From the NCBI GenBank assembly GCA_026995265.1, contig JALWPC010000422.1:1-55407 (forward strand): DNA of 55,407 nucleotides. Reading direction: 5' to 3'. Below the pieces are notes generated by a model, which did no database searches, was not told the DNA's origin, and was given only the letters and a program-made list of their open reading frames with translations. The first letter of the stretch is position 1, and every line of letters starts with the position of its first letter. Made by a program: the position numbers and the translations under genes. Positions 9,367-22,100 of this stretch are shown here, piece after piece. This stretch comes from Paracoccaceae bacterium (GTDB lineage: Bacteria > Pseudomonadota > Alphaproteobacteria > Rhodobacterales > Rhodobacteraceae).

Positions 9367-11970
9367 TCAAAAATCCTGCCAGTCTTGCTGGGTTTCCGGT
9401 TTGAGCGCTGCTGAAGCCGCGCGCCGCGGGGCCGGTTTTGCGGGCAGGGGCACCACCCGTTCTTCATTTGCCGCCGGTGCGGGCTGGCCGAGGTCAAAAT
9501 TCGCCATTATATTGCGGAGCAATTCGGTTTCGGTCTTCAGCGACACATTCAGCGCCGTGGTTTCTTCAAACATGGCGGCATTTTCCTGGGTGACTTTGTC
9601 AAGCTGCTTGGTGGCCAGTTTGATCTCGTCGATGGAGCCGGATTGCTGGGTGGCAAATTCGGCAATTTCGTTGACGCTGCGGGAGATCGCCGAAATATCG
9701 GTATCTATCTGCATCAGCGCCGCGCCGGTCTGGTCCACCAGCGTCACCCCGTCGGCCACTTGCGCCTCGTTGTTCTTCATCAGGGCCGAAATCTCGTGGG
9801 CGGCGTCGGAGGACTTGGCCGCGAGGTCCCGAATTTCGGCAGCTACCACCGCAAAGCCGCGGCCCGCATCACCGGCGCGCGCCGCCTCCACCCCCGCGTT
9901 GAGCGCCAACAAGTTGGTTTGAAAGGCGATTTCATCAATCACCGTAATGGTTTTGCTGATGGTTTTAGAGGCCTCCTTAATGCCGGTAATGGCCTCGATG
10001 GTCTCTTTCACAATTTCGGTGCTGGCCTTGGCCTGTCGCTCTATCTCGGCAATCGAGCTATTGGTGGTGATCGCCAGTTCGCTGGTGCGATGCACGGCGG
10101 TGGAAAGTTCCTCCACCGAAGAGGTGGTCTCCTCCAGATTGGCGGCAGCGGCTTCGGTGCGCCTGGCAAGGCTGGTCGAGGCCTCGGCAATTTCATGGGT
10201 CGAGGCCCGCACCTTTTCCGAGCTTGAATCAATCTGGTTGATAACCGAGGTGAGGCTCTCGAAAGCCTCGTTCAGGTCTTGCTGGATCCTCAGGAAGGCC
10301 CCGCTGAATTGCCCCGTCATCCGGTGGCGGATATCGCCGGATTTCAGCGCCGAGAGCGCGGCCTGCACCTGCTCGAGATTTTGCCGCGTGAGGCGGCCGA
10401 TGCGGTTCATCCCTTCGCAGATTTCGGCAAAAACCCCGTCTTTGTCTGCGGTGTCCATTTCTTTGGAAAAATCCCCCTCGCCATAGGCGCGCACCACGGC
10501 GGCAATCTCGGCGGCGGCCTGCTGCTCTTTCTCGCGCAGCTCTTCCTGCTGCCGGCGGTGTGCCTCTTCCAGCGCTTTTTCGGCTTCGCGGGTTTCCTGC
10601 TCGTGCAAGGCACGCTCTTCCAGCCGCTCCTGTTCGCGCAAACGGGCCTCGGCTTCGCGGGCCTTTTCGGCTTCGCGGGCCTCTTGTTCCTGCCTGGCCT
10701 GCGCGGCCCGCAGTTCTTTTTCCTTCTGTTTGGCGAGGGCCTCCTGCCGCCGCCCTTCCAGAATACTATCGCGAAACTTGAGCAAGGCCGCCGCAATCCG
10801 GCCGATTTCATTTTTGGTGACGGGCGGAAACGCGGTTTCCAGGTCCCCCTGGGCCATGCGCTCGGCGGTGGTCACGACCGCCACCACGCTGGCCGAAACG
10901 GCGCGGATAAGGGCCATGGCAAACCCCGCGATCAGGCATAAAAGCCCCGCCATGGCCGCAATCAGCAGGTTGCGCTCTTTCACGGCCTGCGCCTGTTTTT
11001 GCGCAAGCATATCTTGCAACCGCGCGGACATCCGGTTTTCCAACCCCTTCAACAGATCGATTTTTTGGGTTTGCGCCGCGAAGAAATCGGCGGCGCTATA
11101 GCTGGAAACCGAGGTTGCCATGGCAAACCCCGCACCGCTGAAGGTGCCCGCCGCCCCGGCCAGCGCCGTATCGCGCATGGTTTGCACGTCTTTGGCGGCG
11201 GGGGATTGCAGGATGTCCTGCAACATGGCGACCAGATCCTCGGGGGCCAGATCCTCGAATTCCTTGAAATATATATCCTGAATCGCGATCAGGTTTTGCA
11301 GTTTTTGCAACTCTACGGTTGAAAATTGCCCCTTGGCAAAGCCGCTGGACCCCACCGCCCGCTCGATGCCCGCCCGCTCCTTGCCCATCAGGAAATAGGC
11401 GAAACCGGTTATAACATTGGCCACCGGCACATCATCGCTAAGCCGCGCGGTGTATTTTATCAGTTCGAGCACCTGCAAATTTGTGCCGGTATAATACTCC
11501 AGCGCCGCCGCTGCGCTTATGTGCTGCTGGTCTACCCGCTCCCGAATTGTGGCGCGCTCGCCAAGCCCGGCGGTGATGTCGGCCAGCCTGGCCAGCCATT
11601 GGGCATCCGCGCCGGTGTAATCATTGGACGCGAGAAAGCGGTCCAGCGCGGCTTGTTTCTGGTCGGTTTTTGCCCTTTGCGCCTGCAATTTGGCGGCAAA
11701 CCCCTTGTCCCCCTCGGCCATAAACACCGCGGTTTCCCCGCGCTCCTTTTGCAGCTCGTGCACCAGTTCGCTGAGCAAAATAAGCGGCGTGCCCATGTGC
11801 TTTATCGCGGAAACATCCTGTGCCATTTTTTGCCGCTCGGAAACCAGAATGCCCGACAGCACCAGCGCCATAAGCAAGGGCACAATGGCCACGGCCACCA
11901 GCACATGGCGGATGCTCAGGCGCTGCATAAAGGGCGTGCCGGTTTCGGGGCTATGGCTCGGTTTCAACAT
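9367..11970 (-). CDS. Methyl-accepting chemotaxis protein with a NIT-like sensor domain (MCP2)
   Basis: 867 aa. The N-terminal region carries the NIT-type motif [14 protein letters not shown], followed by HAMP/coiled coil and an MCP signalling domain. The protein ends in DWQDF. Confidence 0.9.
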   Translation of the reverse strand: MLKPSHSPETGTPFMQRLSIRHVLVAVAIVPLLMALVLSGILVSERQKMAQDVSAIKHMGTPLILLSELVHELQKERGETAVFMAEGDKGFAAKLQAQRAKTDQKQAALDRFLASNDYTGADAQWLARLADITAGLGERATIRERVDQQHISAAAALEYYTGTNLQVLELIKYTARLSDDVPVANVITGFAYFLMGKERAGIERAVGSSGFAKGQFSTVELQKLQNLIAIQDIYFKEFEDLAPEDLVAMLQDILQSPAAKDVQTMRDTALAGAAGTFSGAGFAMATSVSSYSAADFFAAQTQKIDLLKGLENRMSARLQDMLAQKQAQAVKERNLLIAAMAGLLCLIAGFAMALIRAVSASVVAVVTTAERMAQGDLETAFPPVTKNEIGRIAAALLKFRDSILEGRRQEALAKQKEKELRAAQARQEQEAREAEKAREAEARLREQERLEERALHEQETREAEKALEEAHRRQQEELREKEQQAAAEIAAVVRAYGEGDFSKEMDTADKDGVFAEICEGMNRIGRLTRQNLEQVQAALSALKSGDIRHRMTGQFSGAFLRIQQDLNEAFESLTSVINQIDSSSEKVRASTHEIAEASTSLARRTEAAAANLEETTSSVEELSTAVHRTSELAITTNSSIAEIERQAKASTEIVKETIEAITGIKEASKTISKTITVIDEIAFQTNLLALNAGVEAARAGDAGRGFAVVAAEIRDLAAKSSDAAHEISALMKNNEAQVADGVTLVDQTGAALMQIDTDISAISRSVNEIAEFATQQSGSIDEIKLATKQLDKVTQENAAMFEETTALNVSLKTETELLRNIMANFDLGQPAPAANEERVVPLPAKPAPRRAASAALKPETQQDWQDF

Positions 11971-12129
11971 CGGATACTCGTTTGTAAGGGTCGCAAAACA
12001 GGCCCGATGCTAAGGCGTGGCAATTAAAAACCGGTAAAGGCCAAGCCGGAAAGCGCTTAACATAATTTTCATGGGAAGACCCTAGGCTTGCGGAGATTCC
12101 AGCGCCTTTGCGCTTTATTGCAGGATGAT

Positions 12130-15100
12130 ATGATGCACCGTTTTTACGCTTTCGGGTTTTCGCTCAAGCTTTCGCTATTGCTGGTTGTTTTTATAGCGGC
12201 CACAAGCTTTTCTGTCGGCTGGCTTGGCTATTCCACCGCGCGCAATGCTCTTCTGGCCGTGCAGGATTCGCGGCGCGTGGCGGCGCAAACCGAGGCCGCA
12301 AAATCGCTGCGGCGCTGGCAGGCGCGGGTGAAATCGGACCTCATCCTTACGGCGCAAAATCAGGGCACGGCGGCGGCGCTGGAGGCTTTCACAGCGGGCT
12401 GGGATGATGTGTCCTATCTGCCCGGCAATTATTTGCAAAAAACCTATATAGACAAAAACCCCAATATCCCCGCCGAAATGGGCGCGCTGGATGACCCGCA
12501 GGACGGCTCTGCCTACAGCGAGGTTCATGCCCGCTTCAACCCCTACTTTCGCGCTCTGGCCAAAGCGGGCGGGTATAGTGATGTCTATTTGATAGATGCC
12601 GATGGCAATCTGGTTTATACGCTGGCCAAACACAGGGATTTTTCCACCAATTTTGACGATTCCACCTGGGGGGAGTCGGGCCTGGGCGCGGCCTATGTTG
12701 CAGCGAGCGAGGCCGATCAGGGCGCGCTGGTTTTTGAGGATTTCCAGCCCTATCAGCCCTTGCAAAACAAATTGGCGGGCTTTGTGGCCACGCCGGTTTT
12801 TGACGGCTCCGGCACCGCGCTCGGGGTGCTGGCCTTCCAGATTGCGCCCGCAAGCGGCGCGGCGGTGGCTGAACAGACGCCCGGGGTTTCCCTTCTGGGG
12901 CCGGACGGGCGGGCGCGGGCGCTGCCACCACTGGCGGCAGCCTCGCTGCCGGTCAGCCCGGCTTTGGCGGCACAGGCGCTTGGCGGCGCGGCGGGTGAGG
13001 CGCGCACCGAAAATGCCGGGGGCGCGGCGGTGATCGCCCGGTTTGCCCCGGTTGATGTGTTCGGCGTGCCGATGGCGCTGGTGGTTCAGCAACCCGTGGA
13101 CGTGCAGGCACTGGCCGGCCTGAACCAGAGCGCCCTGAAAACCGCCATAGCGCTGGCGGCGCTGCTGGCGCTTGCCGGAATTCCGGCGATGCTGCTGCTC
13201 ACCCGCCCCCTGCGCCGCCTGAAGGCCACGGCCACGCAGTTGGCCGCGCACGAGCTTACCTTCCCGCCCGTTGTGCCACGCCGAAAGGACGAGCTTGGCC
13301 AATTGGCGGCGGCGCTGCACAGCCTGTGGCAGGACCAGCAGGCGGCCATAGCGCAAAGCCACGACCTTGCCGCACGCACTGCGGCCTTTACCAGCTTCCC
13401 CATGCCGATGATGCTGGTCGATTCTGCCAAGCGGGTGGCGGAAATCAACACCGCGATGCGCGCGTTTATCAAGGAAAATCTGGCCGAAATCAAAGCCGTT
13501 TCGCCCGCATTTGACCCGGATAACATGATCGGCCAAAGCCCGGATATATTTGGCAAAGAGGCCGTTTGTATTCCGCCGGAAGGGGAGGCCTTTACCCGCA
13601 TTATCGAGCTTGGGGAGAAAACCGTTCTGGTGGCGGCCTCGGCGGCACAGCCGGACAGCGGCTATATTATGCTGTCGTTCAAAGACATCACCACAACCGC
13701 GCGCAACACCGATATTATCAGCGAGATGAGCCGCTATCTGGCACTGGTGGATTACGCCCCCGATGGCCGTGTGCTGAATGTGAATGAAAACTTCCGCACC
13801 GTGTTTGAATTCGCCCCGGAGGAGCTTACCGGCCTGACCGCGCCGGACTTGTTCCCTGCCACCACCCGTGACTCGCAGAAAATGCAGGACATGTGGCAGG
13901 CCCTGCGTGATGGCAAACGGCAGGTCGGGGTGTTCGAGCGCCAGTCAAAAACCGGCCACAGGCGGTGGGTGCATTCGTCCTTCATTCCGCTACGCACGCC
14001 GGCGGGGGAGGTGTATCGCATTGTTGAAATCGCCACCGACATTACGGCGGTGGAAGAAAAGCGCTTGCTGAAAATCGCGGAAATGGCGGCCATCGGGCGG
14101 GTGCAGTCGCTGGTGCATCTTTCCCCCGAGGGCACCATTCTGGGCGCGAACCGGAAATTCCTTGATCTGGTCGGCTATGAGCTGTCAGAAATCGAAGGCC
14201 AGCCGCACCGGATACTGGTGCCCGATACCGTGGCCGAAAGCGAGGAATATGCCGAAATTTGGCGCGATATTGCCAAGGGGAATTTTCGCACGGGGGTTTA
14301 CCGGCGGCGCACGAAATCCGGCGCGGAAATGTTTTTCCACACCCGCTTTATTCCGGTGAAAGACCGCGCGGGCCGTGTGATTAAAATTCTGAAAACCGCC
14401 GTAGATGTGACGCAAAAAGAGCGGGATATGCTCGCTGATCGCAACGAGCGGGCGAAGAATTTGCAACAGATCAACCATGTGGTCGATGCCTTGAATGTCG
14501 AGCTGGAAGCCCTGTCCAGCGGCGACCTGACCGCCAATATAGAGGCGCCGTTTGCCCCTGAATATGAGGAGCTGCGGCTCAACTTCAACCGCGCGGTGGC
14601 GACCTTGCAGGAGACGATGATCACGGTCAGGAGCAACTCGAAATCTATCCAGATCGGCTCTAACGAGATATTGCAGGGCGCGGAAGACCTTTCGCGGCGC
14701 ACCGAGGGGCAGGCGGCCACGCTGGAAGAAACCAATGCGGCTTTGCAAGCCCTGTCTGACAGCATAAAAACCACCGCCGAGGGGGCCGAGCAGGCCAAAT
14801 TCGCGGTTATCGAAGCCAAACATACGGCAGAAACCGGCGGGGCGGAGGCCAAAGAGGCCATCACCTCGATGGGGGAAATCGAGCAATCCTCGGCGCAAAT
14901 TGCCCAGATTATCGGCGTGATCGAGGATATCGCCTTTCAAACCAACCTGCTGGCCCTGAATGCGGGGGTAGAGGCGGCGCGGGCGGGCGAGGCGGGGCGC
15001 GGCTTTGCCGTGGTGGCCTCCGAAGTGCGGGCGCTGGCGCAGCGCTCATCTGAGGCCGCCAAAGAGATTAACACCTTTATCGGCAACGCCTCCGAGCAGG

Positions 15101-15498
15101 TGGAGCAAGGGGTGCAACTGGTGAATCAGGTCGGGCTTTCGCTGGCCAAAATTGTGAAGAGCGTGACCAAATCGGCCGACCTTGTCTCCGAAATTGCCAA
15201 TATTTCCATGACGCAGGCCAACGGGGTGAGCGCGCTTACAACCAGCATGAACCAGCTCGACAGGGTCACCCAGCAAAATGCCGCCATGGTCGAGGAAACC
15301 ACCGCCGCTTCACAAAATATGCACATGGAACTGGAAGGCTTTGTAAAGCTTGTGGCGCGGTTTGACGTGGGCGGCGAGGAGGCCGCCCCGCAAAACATTG
15401 TGCCCCTGCACGAGCCGGAGGACGAGGCACCGCTCGCCGCTTCGCCAAAAGCCGTCGCTGCCGGTGGGGCGGCATCGTCTGAATGGGAAGATTTCTGA
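12130..15498 (+). CDS. Methyl-accepting chemotaxis protein with a Cache-like periplasmic domain and PAS repeats (MCP3)
   Basis: ORF 12088..15498. The likely start is MMHRFYAF at 12130. It has a periplasmic sensor, HAMP, about three PAS-like modules and an MCP signalling domain ([32 protein letters not shown]). The protein ends in EWEDF. Confidence 0.9.
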   Translation: MMHRFYAFGFSLKLSLLLVVFIAATSFSVGWLGYSTARNALLAVQDSRRVAAQTEAAKSLRRWQARVKSDLILTAQNQGTAAALEAFTAGWDDVSYLPGNYLQKTYIDKNPNIPAEMGALDDPQDGSAYSEVHARFNPYFRALAKAGGYSDVYLIDADGNLVYTLAKHRDFSTNFDDSTWGESGLGAAYVAASEADQGALVFEDFQPYQPLQNKLAGFVATPVFDGSGTALGVLAFQIAPASGAAVAEQTPGVSLLGPDGRARALPPLAAASLPVSPALAAQALGGAAGEARTENAGGAAVIARFAPVDVFGVPMALVVQQPVDVQALAGLNQSALKTAIALAALLALAGIPAMLLLTRPLRRLKATATQLAAHELTFPPVVPRRKDELGQLAAALHSLWQDQQAAIAQSHDLAARTAAFTSFPMPMMLVDSAKRVAEINTAMRAFIKENLAEIKAVSPAFDPDNMIGQSPDIFGKEAVCIPPEGEAFTRIIELGEKTVLVAASAAQPDSGYIMLSFKDITTTARNTDIISEMSRYLALVDYAPDGRVLNVNENFRTVFEFAPEELTGLTAPDLFPATTRDSQKMQDMWQALRDGKRQVGVFERQSKTGHRRWVHSSFIPLRTPAGEVYRIVEIATDITAVEEKRLLKIAEMAAIGRVQSLVHLSPEGTILGANRKFLDLVGYELSEIEGQPHRILVPDTVAESEEYAEIWRDIAKGNFRTGVYRRRTKSGAEMFFHTRFIPVKDRAGRVIKILKTAVDVTQKERDMLADRNERAKNLQQINHVVDALNVELEALSSGDLTANIEAPFAPEYEELRLNFNRAVATLQETMITVRSNSKSIQIGSNEILQGAEDLSRRTEGQAATLEETNAALQALSDSIKTTAEGAEQAKFAVIEAKHTAETGGAEAKEAITSMGEIEQSSAQIAQIIGVIEDIAFQTNLLALNAGVEAARAGEAGRGFAVVASEVRALAQRSSEAAKEINTFIGNASEQVEQGVQLVNQVGLSLAKIVKSVTKSADLVSEIANISMTQANGVSALTTSMNQLDRVTQQNAAMVEETTAASQNMHMELEGFVKLVARFDVGGEEAAPQNIVPLHEPEDEAPLAASPKAVAAGGAASSEWEDF

Positions 15499-15635
15499 GC
15501 CGGTGGCGGGAAAGCCGGGAGCCACCCGAAGAGTGGCGGACCGGCGGGCGCTGCCCCTCGTTCTCCCTTCCTGCGCTTGCCGGTCGGATAACCCTGCCCC
15601 CTTTGGCAAAATCGCCGCCATTTCAGTTTAGCCGG

Positions 15636-16163
15636 TTATTGTGCCAGAATGCCGTCCATTCGCGCCCGCGCGCCTTGAAAGCCCTGCATGCTGATGTTCA
15701 GGTTTATCGGATCACCGGAATCATTGATGGTTGCGGTGATGTTGAGCTGGCCAGCGTTACCAAGAGCCGCCAGCGAGTCCGCCGCAAAGCCAAGCGGCAC
15801 AAGGCAGCCTGCCGGAAGGCAGGTGGAAAAGCCAAGCGCGACGGTGGTTGCCTGATCTTCAACCCCCAGCGTAATGCCCTGACTCAGGGCGAGGCCAAAG
15901 GGCAGGACCAGCGCCCCGGCAAGGCCACCGGCGCCGTCGGGCCGCACCTCGATGGCCAAAAGCTGCTGGCCGGAGTCACTGTCTATCTGCGCTTGCGTCA
16001 TCGCGCAGGTCACCGCTGCATCCTGGTCTACACAGGTTAGCTGCCACGCATCATAGGTTTCGGTGAGCGAGGTGGCACCGCCGGGCAAGCCGCCGGCACG
16101 GGCGGTGACGGCCAGCAGCAGCATCGGCAGGGCCAGCGCAAAAGGGGGGCGAGTGGGTTTCAT
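15636..16163 (-). CDS. Invasion-associated locus B (IalB)-like periplasmic protein
   Basis: 175 aa with a signal peptide and IalB-like pattern (YDAWQLTC..., GFSTCLPAGC). It lies immediately downstream of the autotransporter. Confidence 0.75.
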   Translation of the reverse strand: MKPTRPPFALALPMLLLAVTARAGGLPGGATSLTETYDAWQLTCVDQDAAVTCAMTQAQIDSDSGQQLLAIEVRPDGAGGLAGALVLPFGLALSQGITLGVEDQATTVALGFSTCLPAGCLVPLGFAADSLAALGNAGQLNITATINDSGDPINLNISMQGFQGARARMDGILAQ

Positions 16164-16167
16164 CGGG

Positions 16168-19100
16168 TTAGAATTCCTTTACCAGATTGAGCTGAATGGC
16201 ATGGCTTTGCGCCTCGCCCGCGATCAGCCCGTTATAGCCGAGCGCAAGGTTAAAACCAGCCCCGAGATCAATATCCAGCGCCGCCGATAGCGAGATCGCC
16301 CCGCTTACCGCCGAAACCCCCGCAATCGAAAACGACGGTTGCCCCGTAAAGGACAGGTCGGAAAGCGGCAGCATATCGCCAAACCCCTGCTGCCAGCCAA
16401 TCGCACCGCTCAGATGGGCGGTTTTATCGCCAAACCGGATATCGCGGCTCATCCGCACGCCGAGCGTGGCAAAGGACAGGCCCTGCATGGAGGCCGCCGA
16501 TGTGAGCGCCGCGCTGCCGCCCGTCTCGGAAAAGGCCTCGGTTTGCAGGCTGATATAGGTGAGGTTCACAAAGGGCGCGATGGTGGCTTCGGGCAGCTCA
16601 AACCCATAGCTGGCCTCACCGAAGGCCGAAAGGCTGCTGGCCCCGTAAGCAGCGGTCAGGGTCTGGTCAATGGCGGCCACCTGCACGTTGCGGCGGGTGT
16701 TCACACTATATTTTGAATAAAGCGCGCCAAAATCGAGCGTCACCGCGCCGAAGATAGCCTTGCCATAGGCCCCCGCATGGAAGGCGGTATCGCTCCCGCT
16801 GGAGTTGCGCCCGTCAAGGCCGAAACCGGCCTTGGATATGCCCGCCATCAGCCCGACATCAACGCGGCCGCCCAGATTGAAATCCGCCCCGGCAAACACG
16901 CCGTAAGTCGACTGGCTGGCCGCCGCCGCGTTGCCATCGCTGGCGAATTGTGACCAGTTGCCCGCCACATCGCCCCAGGCATGAATGCCCGGCGTGGCAT
17001 CGTGCCGGAACGCGGTGCCGAGCGCCAATTGGCTATCTTGCGCCAGCAGGGTTTTGCCGGTGGCGTGAACCTCGCCCGAGAGCAGATCAAGCGCCAGCGG
17101 GGCATTATCAACGCCGACCAGCGCCACGGCCTGATATATTTCAGACCCGTTGCCAAGCCCTGTCACCCCCGTGCCAGCGGCGGTCTGGTTGGCGGTGGTG
17201 CCCACTGTAGAGAAGCTAATGTCGTTGCGGATAAGGGTTAAATACACGTTGGCGGCGTCATAGGTCACTGTCGCGTCGAGCTTGGCAAAGCTGTCTACCA
17301 CGCTGTCAAAAACCCCTGTCACCGTGTCGGCGGCGATCACCAGATACATGGTTACCCAGTCATAGCTGCTGCCATCCTCGCCCGCGGTCGCCGGCCCGAT
17401 GGAGAGGGTGCTGCCGCTCTGGATCACCGCCGCCCCGGTCACGCCCAGAATATCCCCTGTGCCGTCATTGGCCACCTGCATGGCAAAGCTTGAACCCGCG
17501 GCGAAATCGGCGGTTTCGGCGTAGATCGTGCCGATAGAATTGCCGGGCGCCAAGGTGCCGCCCGCTTCCACAAACAGATTTCCGACAAAACCGGTGCCAC
17601 CCAAAGTGCCGGCACCATTCACAAATGTATTGCTGGCAATCGCGCCGTTCACCAGCAGGGTGCCACCACTTATGGTGGTATCTCCGGTGTAATTGCTGAC
17701 CGCCGAGAAGGTTGTGGTGCCCGAAAGCACGTCCACCGCCCCCGCGCCCGTTATCCCGATGCCAAAATCATAGGCGCTGTTGGTGTGGTTAAACACCAGC
17801 TTGCCGGTGCCATTGCCAAACACAATTGCCGAAGCGTCAACCCCCCCGGCCACGCCAGCGGCATCGGTGGCCGCGGCACCGATATTGAGCGTGCCAACCG
17901 CGCCCGCGTTCTGCGCAATGGAAATCACACCGCCCGCCAGCACCTGCCCGCCATCGGCAACCGTCAGCTCTGCCGTGCCGGACACGCCCAAAAACACATC
18001 CGCGGTATTTGTCCAAGTGGACCCGGCACCCGTGACCGAAGCCACCCCGGTGCTGCCGGCAACGTAGCCGACAAATGCCGAGCTATCGCTCACGAGGCCG
18101 CCCGCCGCAATGTTCAGGGTGCCTTGCCCTCCGGCGGCGACAAGAAGCGTGCTTGAATTGGTCCATTGGGACCCAGCCCCCGTCACCGTGGCTGTGCCAA
18201 TTACGTTCGCACCTTCTGCAATGGACCCGCTGGTATTGCTGACCACCCCGCCATCTGCAATGGTGAGCGTTCCCGCGCCCTCTTTCCCCACTGCCAGCGC
18301 GCCCGCATTTGTCCAGCTGGACCCGGCACCCGTAACCGAGGCCGCGCCGGAGGACCCCGCTACATGGCCAATACTTGCAAGAGTATTACTGACACTGCCT
18401 GCGCCCTCGATGATGAGCGTGCCCGCCCCGAAATAGCCCACATAAACCGCGCCTGAACTGGCCCAAGTAGAGCCAGCGCCCGCGACGGTTGCCGCGCCGG
18501 TCGCGCTTGCACTATAGCCAATATAGCCAATGCTATTGCTGACAGTTCCACCGTCCTGAATATCCAGCGTGCCCGCGCCGCTTCGGCCCACATAAAGCTC
18601 GGCGGTGCTGGCCCAGCCAGAGCCTGCCCCCGTCACCGTAGCGGTGCCAACCGATCCGGCACCAAATCCCAAAACGCCCCCCGCACTGGTGACCGTAGCG
18701 CCTGCTTCCACACGCAATGTGCCGGAGCCATCTTTCCCGACCGTCAGCGTGCCCGCATTGTCCCATCTGGTGCCCGCGCCGGTCACGGTGGCCGTGCCGG
18801 TGGCGGTGGATGACCGGCCAATAACCGCCGAGGCATTGCTGACCGCGCCAGCATCCGCAATGGTCAGCGTGCCCGTGCCCGCTTCTCCCACCGTCAGCGC
18901 GCCAGCATTCACCCAGCCAGACCCCGCCCCCGAAACCGATACCCCGCCGATACCACTGGCGGAAGAGCCAATAAATCCATAAGCGCTGGTTACCATGCCG
19001 CCCGCGCTGATATCCAGCGCGCCGACCCCTTTGTCAGCCACAAAAAGACCGTCTGAAACCGTCCATTTAGAACCAACACCTTCCACCGTGACCACACCGG

Positions 19101-22100
19101 TCGACCGCGTATCGCTGGCAACAATACTCCTGCCGGTTTTCACCAGCCCACCAGCACTTATGTTCAACGTGCCATTGCCCGAATTTCCGACGGTAAAGAA
19201 GAACCCCTTGCTCACCCATGAAGACCCCGCACCATCGACCGTGACCGTGCCATCGGATCCGGCATAAAACCCGATAGTGGCCGTGCCATTGGTCACTTTG
19301 CCACCCGCGAGGATGTTCAGCGTGCCGGTGCCGGCATACCCGACATAAAGGTTGTCTGAGCTTGAGCCGATCCAGCGCGCACCCGTGCCCGACACCGTAA
19401 CCGTGCCAATAGAACCGGCTCCAGAACCGATATAGCCCTCGGTATAGCTGACCACCCCGCCCGCTTCGATGTTCAGCGTGCCGGATTCAGCTTTGCCAAC
19501 AAAAAGGTTCCCCGAATTGACCCATTGAGACCCTGTGCCCGAAACCAATACCGCTCCGAAAGACCTTGTTTGCCCCGAGATAATGCTGGTCTGGCTGTTT
19601 ACCACGCCTCCATCGGAGATATTCAATGCGCCCGTGCCGCCATAGCCAACAGAGAGTTGGCCGATATTGGTCCAGGTGGAGCCGGGGCCGGATACATTGA
19701 CCGTGCCGTCGCCATTATACCCTATATAGGCATCCCGATTGCTGACCACCCCGCCCGCCTCGATGTTCAGCACGCCCGTGCCATCTTCGCCAACGGCCAA
19801 CTGGCCCGTGTTGCTCCAGGTGGAGCCGGCCCCCGTGACCGTGACCACACCCGAGGCGCCTGCCATAAAGCCGATGGACGTCAGTACTTTGCTGCTGACA
19901 TGGCCGCCCGCCTCGATGTTGAGCGTGCCCTGCCCCAGGCCCCCCACAGTCAATTCATCCAAATTGATCCATGCGGAATTGGCACCGCTGACCGTAACCA
20001 CACCCGTGGCGGTCTCCGAGCCTCCGATCAAGCTGGCCGTGTTTTTGACCACCCCGCCCGCCAGAATATTGAGCGTGCCCTGCCCATAGAACCCGACATT
20101 CAGAACGCCCGAATTCGTACACGCAGAACCGGCCCCCGTAACCGTGACCGTCCCGACGCCGTGGCTGTTATAGCCGATATATCCCGTGGTATCGCTCACC
20201 TTGCCCCCGGCCTCTATGGTGAGGGTGCCTGTGCCGGTAAAGCCGGTATAAAGCTTATTCGATACCGCCCAGCCGGAGCCCGCACCCGTCACCAGCACCG
20301 CCCCTGAAGACCCGTTTTTTGTCGCGATAAAGCCGCTGGAACTGCTCACCGCACCCCCGCCTTCAATATTCAGGCTGCCGGTGCCGTATCGGCCGACCAA
20401 AAGATCGCCGGTATTGATCCAGCTTGCCCCGGCCCCCGTGACCGTGGCCTGGCCCACCGATCCGGCATTCAGCCCGAGATAGCCGTTAACATTGATCAAG
20501 GTGCCGCCATCAACAACCGCCAATGTGCCGGTGCCGCTTTGCCCGACAATAAGATCGTTGGCGTTGGACCAGATTGAATCCACGCCCCCGACCCTGACAT
20601 AGCCCACCGACCCCGCATTCAGCCCGATATAGCCCATGTTGCCGCTGACCGCGCCGCCAGCAGAGATAATAAGCTCGCCCGCGCCGCTGTTTCCGACCGT
20701 CAGGTCCGAAACCAGCCAGTCGGACCCGACCCCCGAAACCGAAACCGCCCCGACCGCGCCCGCCTCATAGCCGATATATCCGTTGGCGCTGCCGATTCCG
20801 CCCCCTGCGGCCACATTCAGGGTTCCGTTCCCGGAATTGCCGACAAAAAGCTCCCCCGAGTTGACCAATGCCGAGCCCGCGCCGCTGATCGTTACCGTGG
20901 CCACTGATCCGGCGTTATACCCGATAAACCCGTTTACATTATAAACCGTGCCGCCCGCCAGAATATCCAGCGTGCCCTTGTTGCCATACCCCACATAAAG
21001 GTCAGCCGCGTTGGTCCATTTCGATCCCGTGCCTGTTACTGTGGCCGCGCCGACCGAACCGGAGCCAAAACCGATATAGCCGGTTGCGTTGCTCACAGCC
21101 CCGCCCGCCTGGATATTCAGCGTGCCCTTGCCGTATCGGCCAACATATGTTTTGGCGGAGCTATCCCAGTGCGAGCCCGCGCCCGTTACCGTGGCGGTGC
21201 CAACCGATCCGGCAGCAAATCCGATATAGCCGATAATATCGGTGGCGGCCCCGCCCGCTTCGATAACCAATGTTCCGGTGCCGGCATTGCCAACAATAAG
21301 GGCGTTGGAGCTGGCCCATGTCGAGCCCGCCCCTGAAACCGTGGCCGTGCCCACCGCCCCCGCAAGCCGCCCCAGATTTCCGTTCACGTTACTGACCACC
21401 CCGCCCGCCAGAATATCCAGCGAGCCGGTGCCCCGATAGCCAACCGCCAAGTTGCTGGAATTGGCCCAATTTGAGCCCGCGCCCGTAACCGTAACCGCAC
21501 TGCTGGACGCGGCATAATAGCCAATATATCCAGCCACATTGCTGACAGCCCCGCCCGCCGAGACCGTCATCGTGCCATCACCGCCGCGTCCGATGTCTAG
21601 CTCTGCGGTGCTGGCCCATGTCGAGCCCGCCCCCGACACCGTAACCGTACCCGTCGAACCGGTTTCAAATCCGACATATCCGGCTTTGCCGGTTACCGCG
21701 CCACCATTGGCGACCTGCAGGCTGGCACTCCCAGAATAACCCAGATACATCTCTGCCGAACTGGCCCAGGTCGAGCCCGCCCCGTCTACTGTTGCGCCGC
21801 CGGTAGACCCGGCATAATTGCCTAAATATGCAACGCCATTGTTGACAACACCCCCCGCCTGGACATCCAGCGTGGCATCGCCGTAATTACCCGCAATTAA
21901 TGTGCCCGTGTTCACCCATCTGGACCCGGCCCCCGTCACCGTGATTGTGCCAACCGCGGCGGCGTTTATGCCGATATTGCCGCCTTTGGAGGTAACCTTG
22001 CCACCGTTTTCGGCGGTTAATAAGCCTGTGCTCGTATCTCCGACATACAGCTTGCCGGACATTGTCCAGGCAGAGCCCGCACCGGTGATCGTCGCTAAGG

